From Magallana gigas (lineage: Eukaryota), in NCBI RefSeq assembly GCF_963853765.1, contig NC_088853.1, forward strand, positions 51,894,001 to 51,958,000: a DNA stretch of 64,000 bases, in the 5' to 3' direction. A program made the position numbers and the translations under genes. This document shows positions 1 to 13,312 of the stretch, piece after piece; positions within the stretch are counted from its first letter, which is position 1; each line of letters starts with the position of its first letter. A model generated the notes under the pieces. That model saw nothing but the letters and a program-made list of their open reading frames with translations. It had not been told where the DNA came from and did not search any database.

Positions 1-2270
1 AGCTCTGTCCACATAATAACAGCTGGGAAAATCACGGACACTGCTATTCCCAGAAATATTGAAAATATCCAAACACCAATCATGACGTCATACATTGACG
101 TCATCATGAAACCAAGCATAGAGAGAAGCACTGTCAGACTCGAGGCAAAAATCAGATTTGCTGGTTTGACACATCGCACTAGAAATATTCCGAAAAATCT
201 TCCCGTAGCAAATGCTGCCCAGTGACCGGAAGTGATGTAGCTACCTTGATAACTACTCCAGTTTAGCTCCTTCACCAGGAACGTTGTGAGGAATCCAGCA
301 AAGGTGTTTTCTACCGCTACATACATGGCTATATAGAAAACCATGTTTATGAATCCGAAAAGTCTGAGACGTGTCTTTGATTGTCTTTCTATTTTTATCT
401 CAGAATTTGTTATTTTACTATCCAGTGTCTTTTGAAAAGAAATGCAACTAAAGACAAGGAACGGAAGTGACGTAAGAATACAAAGGCACGTGGTGATGGT
501 GTAAGGAATATAAATTTGGGATTTCTGTTCGATTTGTGAACCATTGGTTAGATTTGTCATATTAACACTGACTTCGTTCGTAATGTTAGTGAAAGTCACA
601 TTGCTGTTTTTACTGATGAAAGTGTTGCTTTCGTCATTGTCAGATGACATCACAAACGGTGCGGCCACCAAAGGAGAGAGAATTCCACCAAAAGAGTATA
701 AAAAGTGCAGAGTGCTAAATAACCCAGGGCCCTCTGATCCCCAGATGACAACAAGACCAGCATTTCCACCTGTTGATAAATCAATTAGTAGTAAGATATT
801 TGCAGGAAGTAATAAATGTTGTTTCGAAAACTGTCAAGATAAAGTACTCTAGACTGACCATGAAAAATTGAATCGAGAATAAAAAAAAATGTAAGCTTTT
901 TTGTAAAAGTTTCCAAATTAAGGAATTATACTCTAATGAGCATCTCTTATACACCATTGGATTAAATTACAGTTATGAGCAAAACAATACATGCTAGATT
1001 CATTTCTACTTTTATTGACCTTGGCTGTTGACGTGTTACACACGTGTCTGATTACTTACACGTGTCCAGTCCACCGCTAAAGACCCCCTTCATCACGTGT
1101 ATAAAAATCATGGCCTCAAACAAACTACACCACGGTACGACCGCGGCGGACACGCCCAGACCAGCCAGGAGCAAAAACATGAGTAAATTCCGACCCAAGA
1201 TCCGTTTATCCAAGACCACGCCCATAATGAGCGATCCGATCAGATAGCCGAGTGTTCCCATGGTGAAGAACAGAGAGCCTTTCTCTAGAGAAGTGTGGGA
1301 AACGAGTAAGATGTCTGGAAATGTGGGACCAATTATTCCATTTGCCCATCCCTGCAATAGAATGTATGATGAATGGAACGGGTATTTATAAGTACTAGTA
1401 TCTTTAAGGTATCCGATCCATATCAATACTTAATTTTCTAACCTTGAATATCCATCATGTATTACAGGGACTTGGACACGATTTGAGCTCAAATTTTTCA
1501 AATTTTATTTTTCCATTTTTAATGTCCAGAATGGCCAGTATAAATGTGTCAATGCTTTCTCAATTTTTTTTAGAATTGATTTTTATAAATTTAAAGCAAT
1601 GGGACAGCAATTCAAAAACAGGAAAATGTCATATTTTAGGACACATTCCGCTCTTACATACTGTTACTTACACATGAAAAAAATCTAAGTTTACTGATTA
1701 TTAAGCCCATATATATTTGTAATGCATTTTAGATCGGATATCTCAAGGAAACGTTTACAAAGGGTCTCAAAAGAATGAATGTTGACTATGATATTAAATC
1801 AAAGTCATTACGTCATCTAGATCTTTATAGAAGACTTGTTGAAATTTTTATATATCTGTAAGATAAAACAATCAAAAGTATTTCATGTACAAAATGTCAC
1901 AATTTCAACATACATATTATATGAAATCCACCTTATCTTTGTTTTGTTTTGTTTTGTTTAATTGTTTGTTTTGTTTGTTTGTTTGCAGGTCAAAAACCAT
2001 TTAAGTTTACAAACAATGTTTGTTAAAACATACCAGCATGAGGAAGGACAAAAAGTACGCCATTGTCAAAATGTATTTCTCTCTGTATAGCTTATCTCGC
2101 TTCAGTCGCAGCCATATACTCCCGTCATTTTCCGTCTGTCTCAAGCCTTTAGATTTCTCTACTTCAGGGTCATCTTCTTCCGAGATATCTTTACTTGAAC
2201 CCTTGTTTTTATCTCGCTTGTTCTCAGATGCACCATTTTCCGTTTCTTTGTCCAACCCTGTTCCGTCCAT
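1..2270 (-). CDS. MFS transporter, MFSD4/NAGLT1-like (sodium-dependent glucose transporter 1-like); 3' end runs off the window
   Basis: Exons 2034-2270 (ATG at 2270), 1060-1351 and 1-769, joined by GT-AG introns in consistent phases (0, 1). The protein has the MFSD4-type motifs 'FLSFLMLGWANGIIGPTFPDI', 'GGLDTCGN', 'LHFLYSFGGILSPLVAAPF' and 'YVAVENTFAGFLTTF', with many transmembrane segments. Confidence 0.88.
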
Positions 2271-2673
2271 TTCTGAAGCCCGGCCTGATCTCGCGTATTC
2301 TCACATAACCTGTTTTCTTGGTAGTTTCCTAAATTTCGAGAAAAAAAATAACCCACCAGCAGTGCTTGTATTTATGCAAATGAATGTGTATATGTGCACA
2401 CCATTAAATTGTTTTTCTTAATCGTTTTTATCAGCCCAACTTTGGAAAGTGTAAAACGAATCTACGATCGAGAGGTGCTTGTGATAATTTTGGGTCACAT
2501 TTTAACCTGTTTTACATCCAATCTGTGAGACCCAACGAGGAGAAAGGGTATAATAAATATTGCAGAAGTTTACATGTTGTTTTGTTATATATTATGTAAA
2601 ATTTACACAATTAAGAAGGGGGCTAAGAACATAACCCACTTCTTCAATCAACAGTTCTGCGCCAATCAGATAG

Positions 2674-2885
2674 TACTTATTCATTAATATTCAAGGATAT
2701 CAATTTTCGTGAATAAAGTGAAAATCAGTTTGAAGGATACGTATATAATTATTCGTGGCCAATGACCATATTAATACAAATTGTTAATAGAAATTGCACT
2801 TCAATGAAAAGTTATTTTGGTGGATCAACTTAACAACGAAATCCACGAAAATTGGTATTCAACGAATATTGATGAAACCACAGTA
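2674..2885. mobile_element. MITE, TACTGTGG...CCACAGTA family (left end degenerate)
   Basis: Colinear similarity to the copy at 48823-49034; the right end 'gaatattgatgaaaccacagta' is identical. Confidence 0.75.
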
Positions 2886-4066
2886 TGTCTCTTTTGTTTA
2901 CTGTTCTCTTAGCTGTCAATCAAAATGTGACGTCACTGTGAACTTACAGAAATATTCGTAACGATTTTAAAAAACATCACTTAATATAATATTTAGCGAC
3001 TGCTTATTGGACGAAACAGTGGGTAATGTTCTAATAAATGCATAAAGACAATTCGTCAATAAAGGTATAAATCTTGATATGAATTTGGGGAAAAACTGAT
3101 AAAGTAAAACGGTTTTATACATACATGCGTGATTCAGCGAATCTGTGTTCCTTCAGTCGTGCATGTAGGAGAGGACAATGTATTTGCATTCACTGATAGC
3201 CTCTCTGTTGAGATAAAATGTACTGAGGCCTTTTCAGGTATATAGATATTAGGACCAACGTTTGGACTCGAGACGGACAAAAATGAAATACACTCTGATA
3301 AGGGGAACAATAAAGGGCTAGAAATTCATGAATTCTGTTGAAATGTTTTCTTTTTACGTAATCTTAAAGTTATCCTGAATGGATTACAACATAAAAAGTT
3401 AGAAGTAACGATTAATAAACGACTCGCCATTAAAATGCAGGCTTGTCTTAAACTTCCCAGATCGTTTAAAGCCTTTCTTTATTTTTGGCTAATAATTTTA
3501 CCTTTTACATTCCTGATTTTGTCAACGATTGTATTTTATATTACTTATTAATACTGATTTATTTGTTAGAAAAAAACTTATTATGCAATTTAGGAAAAAG
3601 TTCAAAAAATGTATCAAGGTCAGGCGTAAGAACTTAAGTAATCCAAGAAAATATTCCCCCCCCCCCCACGAATTTTAATGATTCCACAGTATTGGTAAAG
3701 CTGCTATGGATTTGATTGGGCAAGGTCATATCTGACCTCAACCGTATCTGTATTACACGAATCGAACCGCCGCCAATGAATAATGCAATCGCAGCCAATC
3801 TACGCTCCATGTATGAGAATAATTGGGTTAAAAGAATAACAAGAAAGCACATAATAGTGTAATTTTTCTTTAGTTTTGTATGAATCAATCATAACACAGG
3901 ATAAACAAGGTAAGAAGATACAACCAGCATATCTTTCTAAATTCGTGCAAAGAATATTATTTCCAATGTTTTATGTATACAATCCTTGAATTACCTAATG
4001 CTTGTCTGTAATAATTCGTAATGTTATACGTAATGTATATATGCATTACGTTCCGGTAAAATGTTA

Positions 4067-4070
<4 letters not shown>

Positions 4071-4138
<68 letters not shown>

Positions 4139-4205
4139 CAGACTCATTATCAATTTCCTGTTTTGAATACCCCTCTCAATGCTTTCGACAACATTTTTAA
4201 CTAGC

Positions 4206-4297
<92 letters not shown>
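4071..4297. repeat. Two (CT)n/(GA)n microsatellites just 3' of the TLR stop codon
   Basis: Direct read: 4071-4136 and ~4208-4297. Confidence 0.95.
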
Positions 4298-4299
<2 letters not shown>

Positions 4300-4311
4300 A
4301 GTTACTCTATT

Positions 4312-7300
4312 CTACTCTACATCACATTCGTCTTCCTTGTTTTTCCTCGCTGCATTATATATAATTGTCTCGGTGTCACATATACCGATCTCACTGTCCT
4401 GTGAGAAGGGCTCCAGACGGCTACGTCTCTTTGGAAGTTCGTACTCCAATCTCTCCCAGGCGCACCGGGAACGCGCAGTGATGTAATTTCCGCTTACCAA
4501 CATCTTTTTTAACCCAGGCTCCAAACTGGTAAAATCTATATCCCCTACAACCACGACTATCACTTTAAATTGGCTATGCTCACGCGCATGCTTGGCCGCC
4601 ACCCGGAAACAGTTCATGTAGTACTGGTTGTTGCCTACATATTTAGTCACAACAAACAGCGCACATTTGCTTTCCTTGATCTTGGAATTTTCAGTTTCAA
4701 GCAGACTGTTGGCAAGGTCGGTAGAGTCAGAAGTCGTTAGTTTGTGGCCAAATTGATTAAGCCTTGGAATCAGTTCTTTATTCGCCCAGTCGGACCCCTT
4801 GACGTCATTGAAATCGTACATAAGAAAAACGTCATAAACGCTGTGTGCTTCGTACTGATGACGAAAGCATTTTATGTTGAGTTTCGTTCCAAAGACAGCT
4901 ATGATGTCACGCCGGAAGTATATACAGGATGCGAACACCAGCAAGGCTGCACACAACAAGATAACTGCAGCCACAATGACGCCCTTATGATCGGAGGATC
5001 TAGCAACAGTTTTTCCTAGACAGTTGAAATATCTCGGTGCAACACGAATCATTTCCTTTCCATTATTTTCACAAAGAATGGATTCGCGGTCGAAAATCCT
5101 GCTCCTGTGTTCGTCGATCCAATTTCGCAGTGCCTTGTTTTTGCATTTACAGACGAAGGCATTGTTTCCGATGAAGATTCTTCGGAGATGCGGTTTATCA
5201 ACAATCAATTCGAGGACCTCGGCATCGAGATATTTAATGTTATTATGACTAATGTCTAACAACATCAAGCTTTTAGAGTTTGGCAAAGAATGTGAGTCAA
5301 ATGCAACTATAGAATTGTTTCTGAGATACAGTTCCTCGAGATAAGTCAAGTTGGCGAAAACGTCACTTGGTAAATCTTCTATTCTATTTTCTGCTAAATC
5401 CAACTTTTTCAAACTTTGGAACGGTCGGAAAAAGTCTTGTGTCAAAAAGCTAACATTACTGCCGTTGATGTACAGTTCTTGAGTTTGGAAACTTCCGGTA
5501 TTAACTTCCTTCGAGAATGTTAAATTTCTTAAGGCGTTGCCGTCAAGGTATATCCGTAAGGCTGAGTGGGGAATCCCTTCCGGTACCTGCGTGACGTCAG
5601 AGCACCTAACCACGGTCGTGTGACTGGCCTCAGAATTTCCAAGACATTGACAATTTTCGGGACAGGAATCTTGCGTTTTACACAAAAAGTCGCCGATCGG
5701 AACGTCTCTGATTTTCATTTTGTAGTGTTTGGGAAGTACAACACAATCGTCCATTTTGTAATGGTTCGTCGGAAAATATTGGTCTCCCATTTCAATTTCC
5801 GGTTCCTTTATCCAACGCATTCCACAGGAACATTCAAAAACGTTGCTTGTGAGATTGAAAACTGGTTTGGAATTGAATAATTTAAATGGTTTGATCTCTT
5901 TTAATCTGTTATGAGAAAGGTCTACTAGACTTAGATTCGGAAAACCCTCGAATGCCTCGACGGAAACATACGAAATGTTACAAAAAGAAAGGAATATGTT
6001 CTGCAAGTTGGGTTCTCTGAATGCGCTCATATCGAGCAGTTCGGGAATCAAATTGTGAATGCGTGTGATAGGATTGTGAGACAAAATTAAATTCTGGAGA
6101 TGGTCAAGGGATTGAAAAGTGGCAAACATCCCGTTAATCTCTTCAATGTTGTTGTGTGATAAGTCAAGTGTAACCAACGAATCGGCACCGCCGAAATAAC
6201 CACGTGATAAATTCAATGAAAGTTGATTGGTTGAAAGGTTCAAATGCTTCAAGTTGGTAAATGTTTGAAAGGCTCTCTCGTTAAATGTCTGAATTCTATT
6301 AATTGACAAAGAAACGAAGGTGAGTTGTGAGAAATTCCCCGAGTCTGAAATGGATAACGTAGTGATATCGTTAGAATCAAGAATTACTTTGTTTACGTAT
6401 GAATTTGAAAGAGAGGCTGGGAAATGTTCCATTCGGTTTTCTTCAGCGTCTAACAGGATCAATGAGTTCGGAAATTTTACATTATCAAGAGACAAGATTT
6501 TGTTCTGAGACAGTAATAAAGACTTGAGATTCGACATGGTTGAAAACACATTATCTTGGAAAGTTGCCAAAAGGTTGTGTCTTAAGTCTAGCACGGTCAG
6601 TTTCCCGAGCCCTTCAAATGCACGATCTTCCAGAAGCTCAAAGTCATTTCGTGAGAGATTCAAAACCTTTAGACTTTCTAATCCTCTAAAGAATCCCGAT
6701 CGTATTTTGATAAAGTTGTTTACACTCAGGTCTAGCTCCTCTAGTGATCGGAGCTGGGAGAACAGTGCTATGGATGAGTTCTTCAGCATGTTGTCAGAGA
6801 TGTCTAGCTTTTTGAGAGAAGACAGTCCGTCGAAAGCTGTGGGGCCAATCTCGTGAATAACGTTCATGGAGAAATCTAGTGTTGTCAAATTCTGCGCTCC
6901 TCTTAGGAAACCTGGTGTTTGCAGTTCCTTTATTAAGTTTTGGGATACTTTCAGAGTCTGTAAAGGAGACGGTTGATCAATGTCGCCAACCAAACTCTTG
7001 ATGTCATTATGGGACAGATCCAACAGCAAGAGATGGGCGCAAACCTCTACTGCTTGGAATTCAAACGATTTAAGCCTGTTCTCGCCCATGTGTAAATATT
7101 GGACGTCCGGTGCATGCTCACAGAGCGTATCCGGTATAGAAGTAAGGTCGTTTTCTGTGAAATCGATGGTGAGTAGTTTTTGCAGGCCGACAAACGCGTC
7201 ACGTTGAATCAAAGTGTTATTGATATTGTTTGATGTCAGGTTTAATGTAACAACGTTAGGTATGCTTCTGAAAGCATTGTGAGGAATAGAGTCAATGAGA

Positions 7301-8869
7301 TTATCACTAAAATCAATGTAAGTCAGGTTCTCCAGTTTCTTTCCACAGTCAAACATGTGGACCGGGAAATTGTGAAAGTTGGTTCCTTGCATTAACAAGA
7401 CCTCAAGTCCGTTCACGTCACAAAGAAACCCCGCATCCAACGTCTTCAAGGGGTTACTACTCAGATCCAGATACTTCAGTGACGTCAGGGATCTGAGGGC
7501 TTCCCCTTCGATGATGGCGATGAGATTGTCCGAGAGGTCCAAGACTTCCAAGTTCCGGAGTGAAGAGAACATCTTGTTCGGGAGTTTCCGGAGCTGGCAG
7601 TAGAAATGGTCGTCAAACTGCCGGAAATGTTGAGGGCTGGCGGCGTTGCTTCCTTTTTTACACATGCAAACGTGTTTTGGAGATGCATAGTATTCCTGTA
7701 AAAAAAAAGAAAGAAATAAAATCCATCAATGCTGTTTGTTTGTTCAATTTTTGTGTTCCATACTTTTTAAAAACAATATGCATCGAACTGAATGCAACCC
7801 TATTTTAAATACAAAATGAATTTGAATACATTTCAGGTCATTTCATACAGTTACTGAAAGCAAGATGGGCATTGGCAATGTGAAGTTTGACAAAATCATT
7901 TGATTAAATGTATAGAGATTGATGTATTAGCACTGGTAGAGTTCAGACAATATTATTTACTCTTATTAAAAGAAATAAAAACTATCAATTGCAAGATCGT
8001 TACTGACCCTCACCCCTTACTGCCATCATTTAGCTGTTTAAAAATACGCGACATTCAATATGAAAATTTTCCTACAAGTAATTCACACTTTCCAATGTCT
8101 TTCTCTGTCGAAATGGAATTTAATAATAATTTGATTATAATATCATTGCGCATGCACGTTAAATTTTCAGTTGTATTATGTTCATATTTGATATTTTAAA
8201 CAATATACAAATACAAATGTACAGTGTACATGTATTAATTATTTGAAATTGATCAAAAAGGATGAAAGCGTAACTTATTTTCTTATAAACCAAGTTTTAA
8301 AAAAAAAATTGTTTAGGAAACAAGAAATTAAAAATATTAGAACCATTTTAACAAGGCCTTGGACTTTCAGTAGTACGTTACTATCAATTTCTTGTGTCAA
8401 AACAAGTTAAAAATGACGCTGGTTTCAAGCGTAATATACACCGATTGCGTAGTCTTAGCTCAAACGCCAGACAAATCTTGTTGATTTCAAAGAGCAATGA
8501 CTAAGTGGCCTACAGTGAAATAGATAGGCCTACGTCATATTGCTGTTTGACACCAACTACCCAACGTCCAAGCTCTTGTAAAAATGGTTCTATGATTCTG
8601 ACCTGTTTTAAACAGTTGACGGCCAGATATGTAACATTTTCTGGATTATACCGCCATTGATCTTCGATTTCCTGGAAACGGTGATTGCGCATGCACCGGA
8701 CCATATCCTCTTGCAGAGAAAGGATGCACTCTCCAAAGATGTTCCGATTGAAGCTGTACGTTCGAAACTTCTCTGGATACCACTCCACCGATACCGTAAA
8801 GTTCCCAGCAAATATGGCGAGGAATTTCCAGAGAAAGACCAGTAGAAATAATTGTCGAACTCCAAACAT
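4312..8869 (-). CDS. Toll-like receptor, multiple-cysteine-cluster (protostome Toll) type, ~1216 aa
   Basis: Exon 1 is 8603-8869 (ATG at 8869, signal peptide MFGVRQLFLLVFLWKFLAIFAG; donor CAG|gtcaga). Exon 2 is 4312-7695 (acceptor tttttacag|GAA, phase 0). It encodes a long LRR array, an internal LRRCT (NVFECSC) plus LRRNT (CPENCQC), more LRRs, a second LRRCT (NAFVCKC), a TM helix (GVIVAAVILLCAALLVFASCIYF) and a TIR domain starting at YDVFLMY. Confidence 0.93.
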
Positions 8870-9398
8870 AATTGTAGCTGCTGAATATGTTCCTCTCAAA
8901 AACCGAAGCTAGCTGTTAATAAAAAAAAACAACGAAAAATTGTGAAGAATTGGTCGCTACACGACAATTTTATAATAATCGTTTGAAAAAAAACAGATAA
9001 TTTGACACTGGGGTAATATGAAAATCATTGATGCATGAAGGACTCCTGATTGTTTGCGGTCATAAGGTCATTTAAGGGCATAGTTTCAAGGACGTATTTA
9101 AAAGACTATTATAAAGCTAAATCAAGCTCCCAGGTTATGAAACATGATGCGTTTTATTAGGTCAAGAAAGAAATACGAATTTTGCTGACGATAGATTAAA
9201 GTGTATTAATGTAGAGAATAATATCCATTGTCAAAGCTGTATTTATAGATGAATATTGTATTTCTGGAATTTATGTGCACGTTTTGTAAAAACAAGCCCC
9301 TCACCCCCCCCCCCCCCCTCCCCCCCCAAACACACACACCACATTTTTTAAATATTTTTGTTTCCAGACAATGAACCTTTCAATTGTTATCGGGGGTC

Positions 9399-9402
<4 letters not shown>

Positions 9403-9457
<55 letters not shown>
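9403..9457. repeat. (GA)n microsatellite
   Basis: Direct read. Confidence 0.95.
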
Positions 9458-9462
<5 letters not shown>

Positions 9463-10607
9463 GTGTCACCCAGTTTAACGTTTTCTAGGTTAACCGAAGC
9501 AACATAATCCACCTTTAGGACAACTTACACAAGTTCTTTTTGTTGTTAAACCCTAGCTGTTTTCATTACAAAATAACGAAGACAAATCTGTATGTGTGTT
9601 TTATCTTCCTTGTAAGAAACGATTTTATAAATAATTACTTGCACATGTATATGTATAAACAGGAGTGCAGACCACGATAATTCTTACAGTTAAAACAATG
9701 GAGAGACCTTGATGAACGAGACATCAAAATAGCGACAATGAATAAAATTACAGAGGGGAGAGAAAAGCAAAATAATTTTTTAAATAATGAAAGTATACAG
9801 GATATACAAAATATTCACCCTACCTTCCATATGTTCGAACATCTACCTCTAAAGTAACATACCTGGGTAACGAACACATCACTCTACCTGCATAACATAT
9901 ACCTGGCAGGCCCGATTTCCCTTATGTCAACTTACAAGACGGAAGACATTACCCCCCGGGGGTCCCGGGCACGCGCCGTCATAGGTGTATATTTATAGCC
10001 TGGCTTCGTTAGTACTTGCTTCCTTACACCTGGTTGACCGCGCACGCAGATCAGTTTTGTACTGTTGTGTAGTTGAAGTATTGTCTAGTAGAAGTATGGG
10101 CAACAAGAGTACTGAAGTCTTTTATTTAGAATTTCTTATTTTTTGAATTTTTATCATATATGAATGATAATGTGATATTAAGGTTATTGTATAAATATGT
10201 AAATTGTAAGGACGTTTTGTGCAAACTCAAAATGAGCATTTTATTTACGGACCGTAGTGACAAGCTTGTGTAGTTTTCAGTTGATAAAGATATTTCAAAT
10301 ATAAAGGACCGGCTTTAACAGATAAAATTTCACCTGTACTATTCATCGGTCAGTGAAAATATAGGTCAAATACATTGTTGTGTAGAACTGTGTAAAGGTA
10401 TATAACTCTTCCTACAATTTCTCTCTGTCTTTGTTTCTCTCTATCTCTCTCCCTCCCCCTCTTTCTCTCTCTCTCTCTCTCTCTCTCAACTTTTTTTAGA
10501 CGTACATAATGTAAAGCTATATATGATCATATGAGCTATAACTGATCATGACGGTACAAAATAATTTAAGAACAACTTTGCCTATATATGGAAGACAACT
10601 CCTCCTA

Positions 10608-10648
<41 letters not shown>

Positions 10649-13312
10649 ATTTTGTAATTAAAGTTGATATTTTATTTTCATGTTATTGTATACGTTGAAA
10701 AAAATATAAACTAATTTTTTTTCAATGATAAATTCTCTCAAAATATGCATCAAAATGATCGAGTCACATATTTTCTACCAAAAAAAAAAAAGTTGTTTTC
10801 TGACGAATTTTACATGTAAATGTTTAAAAATAGAAGGATAAGGGATTTTTTAATCCATGGCTTGATAAAGTGAAACACTTCATGTAAAGTGGCACATCCA
10901 AGTAAGTCTTCCTTTTCTAAAAACTTGGAAACTGGTGGGTTTTTTTTAAAACTCACTTCCCCATCACTACTAGTACTCTTCCTCTTGCTTATGAAACATA
11001 AATTTTTACAAGTTTATCTCCCTGGATCATTGGATGCTCAATCATCGCCAACCTCATTACAGAATTGAACTAAATACCTGACGTTATAAATTTTTTCCTT
11101 TGATAAAAATAAATACCCTATATATATATATAAGGTATTTATGTATATATCTAAACTTCGAATCAATTTTTTTTTTAATATTATATTTTTTTGTGATACG
11201 CAGTTTCCCGTTGTTATGTTATATAACTTCGAATTCTGTCGAAAAAGCAAACATGACATACAGATTTTATCAAATTTTATATCATACATCATTTTTGCTG
11301 GTCCTGTCTGTGTAAATATATCACTTTCACTTGTTTTAAACGAGTACAAGGAAATATTATAAGATAAGTTGCCATGCAATGATTTTTTTTTTATCGAGTA
11401 GTTTATTTCCGTTTTTCCGTCGGGATCGATAACACATTGTGCAATCTCCATGTATTTACTTGGTAATTATATAATGCAGTACATTAATTGTATCATTCAT
11501 TTCAGTTTTTATTAAATCCTTCTCGTCGATAGTCAAATGAAAATAGACGCATTTCCAAGCGAGGAAAAAATGATTTCTTAGGCTAAATATTTCAATATTG
11601 GGTAAAGGTTGAGAAAAAATTAACAAAACACCCTCAAATTGTTCAACGACTCGCGCGTTTGGTGCAGATATTCTGCGGTATTTAGCAGGAGAAAATCGGA
11701 GCAATCTATGCAAAACATGTTTTCAATTGAATTCATTTTTTCTGAACAAGTTTAATACCGGTATTTTTCTTATTTCATAGTCTGGGTCTATAATTATTCT
11801 GATGTAAAACAATGGATTATAAGGTATATTCCAATATTTTCAGAGACAGTATATTTAATTTATTAGTTTTTGTTGTTGTAATTTTTATGAAACAATGGAA
11901 ATCAATTTCAAATCGAAGACTTTTATGCCAAAAAAGAAAAAAATAGTCATGCATGACCGATAAAAATGAAAGACAAGGAAAATCCTGAAAGACAGGAAAC
12001 ATCTTTAGCACTCGCTCTTCCATGATAAATTGATTTCTCATTTTATCAAGCGTCCAAATCGTGCTACAGCGCTCTGATCCTTAATCATGTAATTCTCTCT
12101 AGTATATTTTAATAACCAAGAAGTCACGCATCGTTGTTTTACCTACATTCGTGATTGATAGACAGAAGCAACTGAACAAAATCTATTCTTAATTTAATGG
12201 TATAGATATTTCATCTGTATCAACATGGTGAACATTCTATTGTAATGTACATGTAGTCTTGCCCAGTCGCAGAGCAGGGGGGGGGGGGGGGGGGGGGGGT
12301 CATGGAAAAAGATTGTATTGTTCATCAAATAGTATTCATATCAACAACGGAAAATAGCTAATTAGAACCATTTTTACAAGAGCTTGGACTTCGGATAGTT
12401 GTGTCAAATATAACAATATAACGTAGGCATGTCTATTCCATTGCTGCCTGGTCGTATGGCAGGGGGGTCATGGAAAAAGACTAATTGTAATGTTTAAATC
12501 ATTAGTGGTATTACGGAGTTGAACTGTCGGAAAAATCGAGAAGGGATAAAAGCTTTGAACTTTTTTAACCTATCCAATTTAGCTAAAAAAAAAGTTCAAA
12601 TTTTTAATCTGCTTGAAGATGTATTCATAATGAGATGGTAAAAGTAAAACACTTTCATAACACGGATACACTTAGCCTTTCCGGTAAACATGTGATGTTC
12701 ACATGTAACATATGATTTGTAATTGCATACTATCAAAACAAATAATCCCATGTATACTTGTAATATTTTGTTTTATTTATCAAAAAATAAAATATAGTGG
12801 CATATAATAACACTACAAACTTGGCAGAGTGTTTGTTTAGCCGAGTCTACACACATCTCTGATTAAACATACCAACAATCGCTTGTCTAGGCAAAATCTA
12901 ATAAACAAAAATAAATAAAATACAGATGTACAATGTATATCTATATATATACCCAAAGATGTATTGTATGTTCACAGCCTTTAAAGTTGAACTAACTTAA
13001 AAAAACAACTGTCTGAAAACAACGGACGTGCGTATACAACTCGGAAGATCTGTAACAGTTTAATACATTTTCAAGTAATTTTCAAGTACAACTTCAATAA
13101 CATGATTCTATTTGGCTGAAGTTGAAAAAAAATAACTGGCCGTGTGGTACAAAAATATGCATGTTTTATGAATACCAACAGACCTGATTTCGATAAATAA
13201 AATGTTGGTTTTTTTTTTTGGTTTCTTAGCTGAACAATTTCAAGTACTAGTAAACGCCACTTATATAACGCGCACCGACATTAACTGCAAACGTTGCAAA
13301 GGGGAACATGCG

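Noticed and set aside
3957-4364. ORFs translating to ERERER or LSLSLS runs (also at 15808, 17043, 35200, 39784 and 43848)
   Set aside because: They are translations of (GA)n/(CT)n microsatellites, not proteins.
4744-7808. Many + strand ORFs overlapping the TLR, and similar ones over the kelch, TRIM and 30-32 kb exons
   Set aside because: They are antisense or off-frame shadows of real coding exons with no domain signatures.
11038-11451. 137-aa minus-strand ORF
   Set aside because: AT-rich low-complexity sequence with no recognisable motif or convincing splice context.
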